From assembly GCA_051294375.1 (NCBI GenBank), contig CM119269.1:1566537-1630536 (forward strand): DNA of 64,000 nt, given 5' to 3'. Source of the stretch: Paraspadella gotoi. Its lineage: Eukaryota > Animalia > Chaetognatha. Of this stretch, positions 1-12,291 are shown piece by piece (positions within the stretch are counted from its first letter, which is position 1; every line of letters starts with the position of its first letter). A program made the translations under genes and the position numbers. The notes under the pieces are model-generated. The model had not been told where the DNA came from. It was given only the letters and a program-made list of their open reading frames with translations, and searched no databases.

Positions 1-240
1 CTGTGATTCCCATTGGGATGGGGCATCTCACTGTTGGCTTTGGGGGCTTCCGACTCTCTGTGACGCCAGCTGTCACTGGCGCGGTTACCCTAGGACGGTC
101 TCGCTTTGCCAACGTAGAGGTGATAGGGGGAAGTCAGAGGGAAGTCGTTGGGACTGTGGATGGAACACAACGCTTGAGATGGCGCGTTTCCCCTCCGAGA
201 CAATGGTATTGGCTTAACGATGGGGGACGTGAGGCGGTGT
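1..240 (-). mobile_element. Structured solo-LTR-like repeat, family A (truncated copy; also 2965-3224 and 7522-7778)
   Basis: High similarity to complete copy 60671-60912 (GTGATTCCCATTGGGATGG..., CTGGCGCGGTTACCCTAGG, CGCTTTGCCAAC). Confidence 0.75.
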
Positions 241-1454
241 TTTAATTTTAATTAAAAAAAAAGGTCAATTAATCTTTAATTACAAAACCAAACTCGAAAA
301 AATGAATAATTTTAAAATGAATGAAAAAAGTTGTATAATTAATATTTCCTGTTATTCCGCTGCTACCGTTACCTCCCCCATCTTCTTCTCCACCTCTTCC
401 TTACCCCCCTCTCCCTCCAGACCCCTCAATCCCTTTCTCCCTCTTTCGTGTCTTCTCCTCCCCCCTCTCTCCCTCCATCGCCGAACGCAACGTGATTGAG
501 CCGGCGCCGCGGGCGTCGACAACCTCGACGCCGGGAAGTCGCGGCCGACGGGCCTGGGCGCCGCCGTCGCCTTACGCTCAGGTTTTTTGAGAATCAAATT
601 GGTATAGATTTCATTTTGAGAATGATATGCGGAGAACATTTCAGCATGGGAGTGGTCTTTTCATAGTTCATACAATTGAAACATTCTTTGAAATATTATA
701 CCACTTCATTGATAGGGAAGCCAGGAACTCTGGGAGTGTGAGAGAGTCTTGATTGAAAGCTTGCAGGGACCTGCTATGTCATTATCTTGTAAGAGTGATG
801 GAGGCCTTAAACCACCACAGCCTGTCCAAAGTCAGGCGCAAGCTATCTTATTAATTAAATGAATGGATAATTTTTATATCGGTTGTACCAATTTCATATG
901 TAAAATGTCCTTTTAGGTAGACAGAACTTGGTTTTCGAAAGACGGACGCAGCGTCAGTGGCCGAAATATTTCCGATCAGGTGAGTTAGAGATAACCTCAT
1001 GTCCGAAGTAACGACATGCCGACATTATTAACATATGATGAACATTAATAATTTATCATTTTCTTGTTCGTCCCAGTGGCGCGAGTCGAGTTCCTTTGCT
1101 ATCGAAGTCGTTGAGGAAGCCTTTCGCTGGTTGTCGCACTTGGACCAACAGTCGGCCGACCCGTTTCGCGGTAAACTGTATCTATGTACATTTATGTCTA
1201 AAGATAAGAAGGCTTCCGACTCTTTTCAGTTCAATGTTAATGAAGGAAAGGCTAAACAGTAGACATAAGACGGATACGATGTCATTGGATAATTTTAACT
1301 TTTAGCAACTGGAAGAAGTTTGGACGAAGAGGATCTAAAGATGGCTTCAAAACAAAACGTCTTTTACACGGGAAAAGGTAATATTAATTGAAAACGGATT
1401 CAAATTTATAGACGAATTATGTGATTTATTACTTTATTTGCTTCATCGAATACG

Positions 1455-1585
1455 ATTTCAGCCAATGGGCGACCTCCGCCATCGTACTCCAATTATTCAG
1501 CCAATGGGCGACCTCCGCCATCGTCCGCTCTCACGTATTTCAGCCAATGGGCGACCTCCGCCATTGCCTCTCCACGTATTCAGCC
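1455..1585 (+). repeat. Intronic 3x ~37-43 bp tandem repeat (TTCAGCCAATGGGCGACCTCCGCCAT) ending at a splice acceptor; also 4439-4560 and 8983-9100
   Basis: Direct reading; most units contain TTCAG|C. Confidence 0.85.
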
Positions 1586-1977
1586 TCCAAAATTCAACCG
1601 GCGAACGCGGTGCCGCCGAGATCGAAGGCGCAGGAAGAGACGCAGCATTCACGAAAGCAACCGCAACAGCAACCGCAACAAGCAACCGCTAACAGAGCGC
1701 AAGACAAGTCACAATTCATGTGCAATCCGACACAGCATCAAACGCATATAATTCAACATCAATCGCCCCAACATCCAACAAAAGTGGATAAAAGTCCTGC
1801 CGCGGGACGTTCGATGACGATGTCCAATCGGGGACAAACCTCTTCGACGGGGACGTCAAATACTGCGTCCAAATCGGCTCCGATTTCGTCGCCAGAGGCG
1901 TCGCTTTCAGCGCCAGCGGCGCCGCCTTTGCCGTCCTCCTGGCGAAATGGCGCTGTTTGGAGGTAAAGGTTTTATAC

Positions 1978-2211
1978 TGATGAGACAGTAATTATTGTTA
2001 TGTTTTCGTGACAGAACCGTTCAATATAAGCAGTCCCTGAGCTTTGGATCAGGCTGTAACACCATGTTACAGGTGGGTTAAGCGCCCCGTTCCTCTTAAC
2101 TGCGAGACGGCCACCGGGCTAGAACCCCGGCCCTTTGGGTTGGGAGGGGAATGACTTGCCTCCGGCACCAATGGCCGCTGATGAACGGTTGGTGGATTTT
2201 AGTCCACCATA
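1978..2211 (-). mobile_element. Solo LTR of the tRNA-bearing TRIM, 4-bp TSD ATAC
   Basis: Single LTR flanked by ATAC at 1974-1977 and 2212-2215; same flanks as the full elements at 4942 and 9493. Confidence 0.85.
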
Positions 2212-4941
2212 ATACGTAGGAGACGCTTGTTTTAATTGATTATGAGTTTATATTTTAAACACGAGCATACAGTATATCATATCGATTCTGGTAAGTACGT
2301 AAATCAGTCAGGGCCTCATTCAACTTTTTTGACTCGCAAGAAAATGACTGTTCATCCCTTTTTTTTCTTCCCTAAGAACGGACGCAACATGNNNNNNNNN
2401 NNNNNNNNNNNNNNNNATATATGGAAAATTATAAATTTTTTTTTTTTTTTTTGCACTGCACTCCATTATGAAATTAAACTTTTAATCATTATACTAACAG
2501 TGCATGAGATGACGTTAAAGAATATGCAATTTAATATTGTGTGCAAGCGAGCTGGTAGAAAATAAACGATCAATTTAATATAAAATTCGGCGCATTAAAT
2601 TTCCTTTGGAACAGTCATCCTCTTTATAAGAATCGTTGACATGAACAAATGAAATGCAAATCTTTTTTTTCTCGTCCTATGATTGACGAACGCAATCTTC
2701 GAGCGCATGTTGCATTCCGATTAGATTCCTCTTCCTCTTCCTTCTTCGTCGTCGTCGCGCCGAACCTCGTCTCTGTCGTCGTGGTCGTCGTCTTCTTCGT
2801 CTTCTTGGCCAATTTGTTCGCAGAGCGCGCCTCGGCGTCGCGCGGCGGTAAGAGAAGCGAAAGAAAAAAGAGCAACGGGAGAAAAGAGATCAGGAAGTGA
2901 GGATTGAAACGGAGAACCGTTCAAGGATAAATTATGAGACTGAATGCGCGATCAAAAAAGTATTTATGGCAACAGCAGGGTTGCCTGTGATTCCCATTGG
3001 GATGGCGCATCTCACTGTTGGCTTTGGGGCTTCCGACTCTCTGTGACGCCAGCTGTCACTGGCGCGGTTACCCTATGACGGACTCGCTTTGCCAACGTAG
3101 AGGTGTTAGGGGGAAGTCAGAGGAAGTCGTTAGGGACTGTGGATGGAACACAACGCTTGGGATGGCGCGTTTCCCCTCCGAGACAATGGTATTGGCTTAA
3201 CGATGGGGGACGATGAGGCAGTGTTTTAATTTTAATTAAAAAAAAAGGTCAATTAATCTTTAATTACAAAACCAAACTCGAAAAAAATGAATAATTTTAA
3301 AATGAATGAAAAAAGTTGTTATTCCGCTGCTACCGTTACCTCCCCCATCTTCTTCTCCACCATCTTCCTTACCCCTCTCCCTCCAGACCCCTCAATCCCT
3401 TTCTCCCTCTTTCGTGTCTTCTCCTCCCCCCTCTCTCCCTCCATCGCCGAACGCAACGTGATTGAGCCGGCGCCGCGGCGACGACAACCTCGACGCCGGG
3501 AAGTCGCGGCCGACGGCCTGGGCGCCGCCGTCCGCCTTACGCCTCAGGTTTTTTGAGAATCAAATTGGTATAGATTTTCATTTTGAGAATGATATGCGGA
3601 GTACATTTCAGCATGGGAGTGGTCTTTTCATAGTCATAACTTCATACAATTGAAACATTCTTTTGAAATATTAATACCAACTTCTCATTGATAGGAGAAG
3701 CCAGGAACTCTGGAGTGTGAGAGAGTCTTGATCGAAAGCTTGCACGGACCTGCTATGTCATTATCTTGTAAGAGTGATGGAGGCCTTAAACCACCACAGC
3801 CTGTCCAAAGTCAGGCGCAAGCTAGCTTATTAATTAAAATGAATGGATAATTTTATATCGGTTGTACCAATTTCATATGTAAAATGTCCTTTTAGGTAGA
3901 CAGAACTTGGTTTTCGAAAAGACGGACGCAGCGTCAGTGGCCGAAATCATTTCCGATCAGGTGAGTTAGAGATAACTTCATGTCCGAAGTAACGACATGC
4001 CGACATTATTAACATACGATGAACATTAATAATCGTTATCATTTTCTTGTTCGTCCCAGTGGCGCGAGTCGAGTTCCTTTGCTATCGAAGTCGTTGAGGA
4101 AGCCTTTCGCTGGTTGTCGCACTTGGACCAACAGTCGGCCGACCCGTTTCGCGGTAAACTGTATCTATGTACATTTATGTCTAAAGATAAGAAGGCTTCC
4201 GACTCTTTTCAGTTCAATGTTAATGAAGGAAAGGCTAAACAGTAAGACATAAGACGATACGATATCATTGGATAATTTTAACTTTTAGCAACTGGAAGAA
4301 GTTTGGACGAAGAGGATCTAAAGATGGCTTCAAAACAAAACGTCTTTTACACGGGAAAAGGTAATATTAATTGAAAACGGATTCAAATTTATTGACGAAT
4401 TATGTGATTTATTACTTTATTTGCTTCATCGAATACGATTTCAGCCAATGGGCGACCTCCGCCATCGTACTCCAATTATTCAGCAATGGGCGACCTCCGC
4501 CATCGTCCTCCACGTATTCAGCAATGGGCGACCTCCGCATTGCCCTCCACGTATTCAGCCTCCAAAATTCCACCGGCGAACGCGGTGCCGCCGAGATCGA
4601 AGCCGCAGGAAGAGACGCAGCATTCACGAAAGCAGCCGCAACAGCAACAGCAACCGCAACAGCCGCAACAGCAACAGCCACAACAGCAACCGACACAGCA
4701 TCAAACGCATATAATTCAACATCAATCGCCCCAACATCCAACAAAAGTGGATAAAAGTCCTGCCGCGGGACGTTCGATGACGATGTCCAATCGGGGACAA
4801 ACCTCTTCCACGTGGACGTCAAATACTGCGTCCAAATCGGCTCCGATTTCGTCGCCAAAAGGCGTCGCTTTCAGCGCCAGCGGCGCCGCCTTTGCCGTCC
4901 TCCTGGCGAAATGGCGCTGTCTGGAGGTAAAGGTTTTATAC

Positions 4942-5571
4942 TGATGAGAACAGTAATTATTGTTTATGTGTTAGTGACAGAACCGTTCAATATAAGCAGT
5001 CCCTGAGCTTCGGATCAGGCGGGTTAAGTGCCCCGTCCCTCTTAACTGCGAGGCGGCCACCGGGCTAGAACCCCGGACCTTTGGGTTGGGAGCGAATGCC
5101 CTGCCTCCAGCACCAATGGCCGCTGATGAACAGTTGGTGGATTTTAGTCCAGCATACATCCCCCCTCTGTAGGGAGAAGTCTGTTGCGTCTCTTCAGTGA
5201 ATTGTTGTTGGTGGAAAGTTGATCACCAAGTTGAGGCATGTCGCCTGATGCGTTGTTGGCGAAAGTGCATCGCCAGGTTGAGGCATGTCGCCTGAAAGTG
5301 TTGTTGTTGCTGTTGTGTTCAGAAGTCGGGCTCACCAATGATGAGACAGTAATTATTGTTATGTGTTAGTGACAGAACGTTCAATATAAGCAATCCCTGA
5401 GCTTCGGATCAGGCTGTAACACCATGTTACAGGCGGGTTAAGCGCCCGTCCCTTTTAACTGCTAGGCGGCCACCGGGCTAGAACCCCGGACCTTTGGGTT
5501 GGGAGGCGAATGACTTGCCTCCGGCACCAATGGCCGCTGTATGAACGGTTGGTGGATTTTAGTCCACCATA
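4942..5571 (-). mobile_element. Complete TRIM (miniature non-autonomous LTR retrotransposon) with tRNA-derived LTRs, Helenus/TRIMp3-like
   Basis: Minus strand: 5' LTR 5571-5339 (TATGG...TCA), 1-nt spacer, PBS TGGTGAGCCCGAC (5337-5325), ~180 bp non-coding interior, PPT AGAGGGGGGATG (5168-5157), 3' LTR 5156-4942; TSD ATAC at 4938-4941 and 5572-5575. Confidence 0.88.
5466..5537 (-). promoter_or_regulatory. 72-nt tRNA-like module (putative internal Pol III promoter) inside the TRIM LTR; not a functional tRNA
   Basis: Acceptor stem GCGGCCA/TGGCCGC, A-box-like TGGTGCCGGAGG, T-arm CCGGG-GTTCTAG-CCCGG (B-box-like); anticodon arm does not pair; TCGCCTCCCA resembles tRNA-Gly(CCC). Confidence 0.75.
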
Positions 5572-8441
5572 ATACGTAGGAGACGCTTTGTTTTAATTGA
5601 TTATGAGTTTATATTTTAACACGAGCATACAGTATATATATCATGTTAGGGCCTTCATTCTGTCATTCATTCAACTTTTTTGAGTCGCAGGAAAATGACT
5701 TATCATCCCTTTTTTTTCTTCCCTAAGAACGGACGCAACATGCCGAACATTCAACGGAAAAGGTGAGTCACCTTCAACCATTTCGAGTGCGACGTCCATT
5801 TTCGTCCATTTTGAATTTGACCAAAAACGATGTAAACGACGACGACAAAAAAGACGACGAGATGAAATCGATCTTCTTGCTCTTATGTTTCAGTTCCTCC
5901 AGCGAACCAAGTGGAAAGAATCCGTAATTCCTTCGAGACCAAACCTCTTCCGTCTCCTCCTCCTCTTCCTCGTCCCGTCTTCGCCTCCGCGGGCGGCATC
6001 CCCAGGATCAACCCTCCATCACTTCGTTCGCTTCCCTCGACGCCCGAGTCGATCGTCGACTGTGGCGTGAATTCGATCCGGAAGAGGGCCAACGGTGAGT
6101 TTGTGGATTTGGACAAAAAAAAAAAATTAATTGTCGCTTTCAATTCCTTTTCATTTTTTTTTCAGACTTACAAAATGAAATGTCTAAAAGCGTCTCGCAA
6201 TCAGATGCCAAAAGTCGACAATCAATGGAAGAAGAAAAACGACTCGACGCGGCGGCGGATGCAGCTCCCGTCGCCGCCCTTGCTGCTGCTACAGCTCCAG
6301 CCGCTGCTCCTGTCGCCGCCCCTGTCTCTAAAAGATCTTCCACCAGCTTCATTTCTTCTTCAACAACTGTGTCCAAGGTCGCTCCCGCCGTCGTCGAACC
6401 CGCGGTCAACTTTACCGACAACGACGCCGCCGTCAAACCCGCCAATTCGCTGTCGGCCCCTCGAGTCTTGCGAACTGTTGGAGGTCGTCAACCGACGGCG
6501 GTCGTCACCGCCAACGACCACGACGTCGTTGACCGCGGACACGAGACCGTCAATGATCGTAACGTCCAATATGGCGACGTCAATGATAAAAGTTCCTCGG
6601 GCGGAATTGTCTCTTCGACGTCGTCGTCATCGTCGCCCGGAAAGCTAAACGCGAAAGACAACGTCAGCGCGAATCTGAAGCATCATTCGGCGCCTCACTC
6701 TTCTTCGGCTCCGCATTCCTTAAATTCCGCGCCGCAAAGCGAACTGTCGGCACCGGAACTGGAAACATGCGCTCTCGCTTCCGACGAAGTCGCCGCCCGA
6801 AACCGCAAGGCCGATCCGCCGCGGCACAAGGAAGACTGGAACCCCCAATGGCACGCCGTCATGGGGGAGCTCAAGCGCAAGAACGGGGAGGCGGGGGAGA
6901 CTCGAACTGAAGGGGCGGTGGAGAGAGCGAGGATCATGAGAACGCCTTTGNNNNNNNNNNNNNNNNNNNNNNNNNATATATGGAAAATTATAAATTTTTT
7001 TTTTTTTTTTTGCACTGCACTCCATTATGAAATTAAACTTTTAATCATTATACTAACAGTGCATGAGATGACGTTAAAGAATATGCAATTTAATATTGTG
7101 TGCAAGCGAGCTGGTAGAAAATAAACGATCAATTTAATATAAAATTCGGCGCATTAAATTTCCTTTGGAACAGTCATTCCTCTTTATAAGAATCGTTGAC
7201 ATGAACAAATGAAATGCAAATCTTTTTTTTCTCGTCCTATGATTGACGAACGCAATCTCGAGCGCATGTTGCATTCCGATTAGATCCTCTTCCTCTTCCT
7301 CTTCGTCGTCGTCGCGCCGAACCTCGTCTCTGTCGTCGTGGTCGTCGTCTTCTTCGTCTTCTTGGCCAATTTGTTCGCAGAGCGCGCCTCGGCGTCGCGC
7401 GGCGGTAAGAGAAGCGAAAGAAAAAAGAGCAACGGGAGAAAAGAGATCAGGAAGTGAGGATTGAAACGGAGAACCGTTCAAGGTAAATTATGAGACTGAA
7501 TGCGCGATCAAAAAAGTATTTTATGGCAACAGCAGGGTTGCCTGTGATTCCCATTGGGATGGCGCATCTCACTGTTGGCTTTGGGGCTTCCGACTCTCTG
7601 TGACGCCAGCTGTCACTGGCGCGGTTACCCTATGACGGACTCGCTTTGCCAACGTAGAGGTGTTAGGGGGAAGTCAGAGGAAGTCGTTAGGACTGTGGAT
7701 GGAACACAACGCTTGGATGGCGCGTTTCCCCTCCGAGACAATGGTATTGGCTTAACGATGGGGGACGTGAGGCAGTGTTTTAATTTAATTAAAAAAAAAA
7801 GGTCAATTAATCTTTAATTACAAAACAAAACTCGAAAAAAATGAATAATTTTAAAATGAATGAAAAAGTTGTTATTCCGCTGCTTACCGTTACCTCCCCC
7901 ATCTTCTTCTCCACCTCTTCCTTACCCCCTCTCCCTCCAGACCCCTCAATCCCTTTCTCCCTCTTTCGTGTCTTCTCCTCCCCCCTCTCTCCCTCCATCG
8001 CCGAACGCAACGTGATTGAGCCGGCGCCGCGGCGACGACAACCTCGACGCCGGGAAGTCGCGGCCGACGGCCTGGGCGCCGCCGTCGCCTTACGCTCAGG
8101 TTTTTTGAGAATCAAATTGGTATAGATTTTCATTTTGAGAATGATATGCGGAGTACATTTCCAGCATGGGAGTGGTCTTTTCATAGTCATAACTTCATAC
8201 AATTGAAACATTCTTTGAAATATTATACCACTTTATTGATAGGGAAGCCAGGAACTCTGGAGTGTGAGAGAGTCTTGATCGAAAGCTTGCAGGACCTGCT
8301 ATGTCATTATCTTGTAAGAGTGATGGAGGCCTTAAACCACCACAGCCTGTCCAAAGTCAGGCGCAAGCTAGCTTATTAATTAAAATGAATGGATAATTTT
8401 ATATCGGTTGTACCAATTTCATATGTAAAATGTCCTTTTAG

Positions 8442-11400
8442 GTAGACAGAACTTGGTTTTCGAAAAGACGGACGCAGCGTCAGTGGCCGAAATATTTCCG
8501 ATCAGGTGAGTTAGAGATAACTTTTCATGTCCGAAGTAACGACATGCCGACATATTAACATAGATGAACATTAATAATCGTTATCATTTTCTTGTTCGTC
8601 CCAGTGGCGCGAGTCGAGTTCCTTTGCTATCGAAGTCCGTTGAGGAAGCCTTTCGCTGGTTGTCGCACTTGGACCAACAGTCGGCCGACCCGTTTCGCGG
8701 TAAACTGTATCTATGTACATTTATGTCTAAAGATAAGAAGGCTTCCGACTCTTTTCAGTTCAATGTTAATGAAGGAAAGGCTAAACAGTAAGACATAAGA
8801 CGAATACGATTCATTGGATAATTTTAACTTTTAGCAACTGGAAGAAGTTTGGACGAAGAGGATCTAAAGATGCTTCAAAACAAAACGTCTTTTACACGGG
8901 AAAAGGTAATATTAATTGAAAACGGATTCAAATTTATGACGAATTATGTGATTTATTACTTTATTTGCTTCATCGAATACGATTTCAGCCAATGGGCGAC
9001 CTCCGCCATCGTACTCCAATTATTCAGCAATGGGCGACCTCCGCCATCGTCCTCCACGTATTCACAATGGGCGACCTCCCATCTGCCTCCACGTATTCAG
9101 CCTCCAAAATTCCACCGGCGAACGCGGTGCCGCCGAGATCGAAGCCGCAGAAGAGACGCAGCATTCACGAAAGCAGCCGCAACAGCAAACACGCAACACA
9201 GCAACCGCTACAGCCGCAACAGCAACAGCCACAACAGCAACCGACACAGCATCAAACGCATAATAATTCAACATCAATCGCCCCAACATCCAACAAAAGT
9301 GGATAAAAGTCCTGCCGCGGGACGTTCGATGACGATGTCAATCGGGGACAAACCTCTTCCACGGGACGTCAAATACTGCGTTCCAAATCGGCTCCGATTT
9401 CGTCGCCAAAGGCGTCGCTTTCAGCGCCAGCGGCGCCGCCTTTGCCGTCCTCCTGGCGAAATGGCGCTGTTCTGGAGGTAAAGGTTTTATACTGATGAGA
9501 CAGTAATTATTGTTTATGTTTTCAGTGACAGAACCGTTCAATATAAGCAGTCCCTGAGCTTCGGATCAGGCGGGTTAAGTGCCCCGTCCCTCTTTAACTG
9601 CGAGGCGGCCACCGGGCTAGAACCCCGGACCTTTGGGTTGGGGCGAATGCCCTGCCTCCAGCACCAATGGCCGCTGATGAACGAGTTGGTGGATTTTAGT
9701 CCAGCATACATCCCCCCCTCGTAGGGAAAAGTCTGTTGCGTCTCTTCAGTGAATTGTTGTTGGTGGAAAGTTGATCACCAAGTTGAGGCATGTCGCCTGA
9801 TGTGTTGTTGGCGAAAGTGCATCGCCAGGTTGAGGCATGTCGCCTGAAAGTGTTTTGTTGCTGTTGTGTTCAGAAGTCGGGCTCACCAATGATGAGACAG
9901 TAATTATTGTTATGTGTTAGTGACAGAACGTTCAATATAAGCAATCCCTGAGCTTGGATCAGGCTGTAACACCATGTTACAGGTGGGTTAAGCGCCCCGT
10001 CCCTTTTAACTGCGAGCGGCCACCGGGCTAGAACCCCGGCCCTTTGGGTTGGGAGGGAATGACTTGCCTCCGGCACCAATGGCCGCTGATGAACGGTGGT
10101 GATTTTAGTCCACCATAATACGTAGGAGACGCTTGTTTTAATTGATTATGAGTTTATATTTTAACACGAGCATACAGTATATATATCGATGTTAGGCCTA
10201 ATCAGTTCTGTCATTCATTCAACTTTTTTGACTCGCAGGAAAATGACTTTCATCCCTTTTTTTTCTTCCCTAAGAACGGACGCAACATGCCGAACATTCA
10301 ACGGAAAAGGTGAGTCACCTTCAACCATTTTCGAGAGCGACGTCCATTTTCGTCCATTTTTGAATTTGACCGAAAACGATGTAACGACGACGACAAAAAG
10401 ACGACGAGATGAAATCGATCTTCTTGCTCTTATGTTTCAGTTCCTCCAGCGAACCAAGTGGAAAGAATCCGTAATTCCTTCGAGACCAAACCTCTTCCGT
10501 CTCCTCCTCCTCTTCCTCGTCCCGTCTTCGCCTCCGCGGGCGGCATTCCCCAGGATCAACCCTCCATCACTTCGTTCGCTTCCCTCGACTCCCGAGTCGA
10601 TCGTCGACTGTGGCGTGAATTCGATCCGGAAGAGGGCCAACGGTGAGTTTGTGGATTTGGACCAAAAAAAAACAATAAGAATAATTGAGACCTTTCAATT
10701 CCTTTTCATTTTTTTTTTCAGACTTACAAAATGAAATGTCTAAAAGCGTCTCGCAATCAGATGCCAAAAGTCGACAATCAATGGAAGAAGAAAAACGACT
10801 CGACCGGCGGCGGATGCAGCTCCCGTCGCCGCCTTGCTGCTGCTACAGCTCCAGCCGCTGCTCCTGTCGCCGTCCCCTGTCTCAACAACGATTTTCCACC
10901 AGCTTCATTTCTTCTTCAAAACTGTGTCCAAGGTCGCTCCCGCCGTCGTCGAACCCACGGTCAACTTTAGGACAACGACGCCCCGTCAAACCCGCCAATT
11001 CGCTGTCGGCCCCTCGAGTCTTGCGAACTGTTGGAGGTCGACAACCGACGGCGGTCGTCACCGCCAACGACCACGACGTCGTGAACCGCGGACACGAGAC
11101 CGTCAATGATCGTAACGTCCAATATGGCGACGTCAATGATAAAAGTTTCCTCGGGCGGAATTGTCTCTTCGACGTCTCGTCGGTCATCGCGCCCGGAAAG
11201 CTAAACGCGAAAGACAACGTCAGCGCGAATCTGAAGCTTCATTCGGCGCCTCACTCTTCTTCGGCTCCGCATTCCTTAAATTCCGCGCCGCAAAGCGAAC
11301 TTTCGGCACCGGGAACTGGAAACATCGCTCTCGCTTCCGACGAAGTCGCCGCCCGAAACCGCAAGGCCGATCCGCCGCGGCACAAGGAAGACTGGAACCC

Positions 11401-11632
11401 CCAATGGCACGCCGTCATGGGGGAGCTCAAGCGCAAGAACGGGGAGGCGGGGAGACTCGAACTGAAGGGGCGGTGGAGAGAGCGAGGATCATGAGAACGC
11501 CTTTGTGGGCGGCGACTTTGCCCAAAAGTCACGGGGGAAGCGAAAATCAATTCCGGTGATTTTTCCGACGATTATCGCCATCAGTGTAATATTTTTTTAA
11601 AAATATATCTAACTCTCTTCTCTCTCTCTCTC

Positions 11633-11720
<88 letters not shown>

Positions 11721-11953
11721 TTCTTTCTTTTCTTTATTTCTCTCTAGCTCGCTCTGATCCTCTAACAGAATTGACGAAGATAGAACGAACTGGCCACCTT
11801 TCGATTGGGACATCCACGTGGTACATACTGCTATAAAGTTATTAAACTTTAAACAGTTTAAATGTATTTTTTTATATTTCGTAGTTTTCACCACGCCGCG
11901 AAAAGTAACGCAGCGAAGAGTGACGTTTCACAAATCTCTCCACCCGACGACGA

Positions 11954-11989
<36 letters not shown>

Positions 11990-12291
11990 AATAGTCGCCG
12001 GAGACGACAATGACGCCGAAAATCCATCTGACCACAGCTGCGTCCCTGACCATAGCCAAGAAACAACTTTTCAAACAAATTCGAAAACCGTTTCCTCAAA
12101 AATATTTAGATATCACGCCAGGTGGAACTTTTTTTGGTTTTTATGAAGGGTGGATTTCGATATTTTTATTGATAGTATATATTTAATTTCATTGCCCTTA
12201 TCTCAGGTTTGACGACAAGGGCTTCATCCGCGCTCACGATTACGAAAGTTGCTGGACTAAATTACAGAAAAAGAATTATCCCACAGTGTGA
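8442..12291 (+). CDS. Multi-exon gene for a low-complexity Q/P/S/A/D-rich, probably disordered protein (most complete copy; partial copies at ~917-2391 and ~3896-6950); 5' end undefined, may extend to ~13260
   Basis: Chain of GT-AG exons, phase-consistent after allowing indel errors: ...ASKIPPANAVPP(Q-rich)...NGAVWR|TDATCRTFNGK|VPPANQVERIRNSF...KRAN|DLQNEMSKS...WNPQWHAVMGELKRK...|...PPDDDDDDD...RYHAR|FDDKGFIRAHDYESCWTKLQKKNYPTV*. No domain recognised. Confidence 0.55.
9493..10117 (-). mobile_element. Second assembled copy of the complete tRNA-bearing TRIM
   Basis: LTRs 9493-9708 and 9890-10117, PBS ending at 9888, PPT from 9709, TSD ATAC at 9489-9492 and 10118-10121. Confidence 0.85.

Larger units (their letters stand above)
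1..11510 (+). repeat. ~4.56 kb unit present three times (partial copy 1-2391, copies 2417-6950 and 6976-11510), joined by 25-N gaps; likely redundant haplotypes/assembly overlap
   Basis: Same sequence restarts after both 25-N gaps (atatatggaaaattataaattt at 2417 and 6976). Copies 2 and 3 differ mostly by homopolymer indels; copy 1 differs structurally (solo LTR, different Gln-repeat tract). Confidence 0.9.

Noticed and set aside
1976-2020. CTGATGAG followed by a hairpin, suggesting a hammerhead ribozyme
   Set aside because: No GAAA after stem II and no stem I/III; the motif is just the TSD plus LTR end.
5466-5537. Functional tRNA gene or plain tRNA-SINE
   Set aside because: Anticodon arm unpaired, no T-run terminator, no SINE tail; embedded in LTRs with PBS/PPT/TSD.
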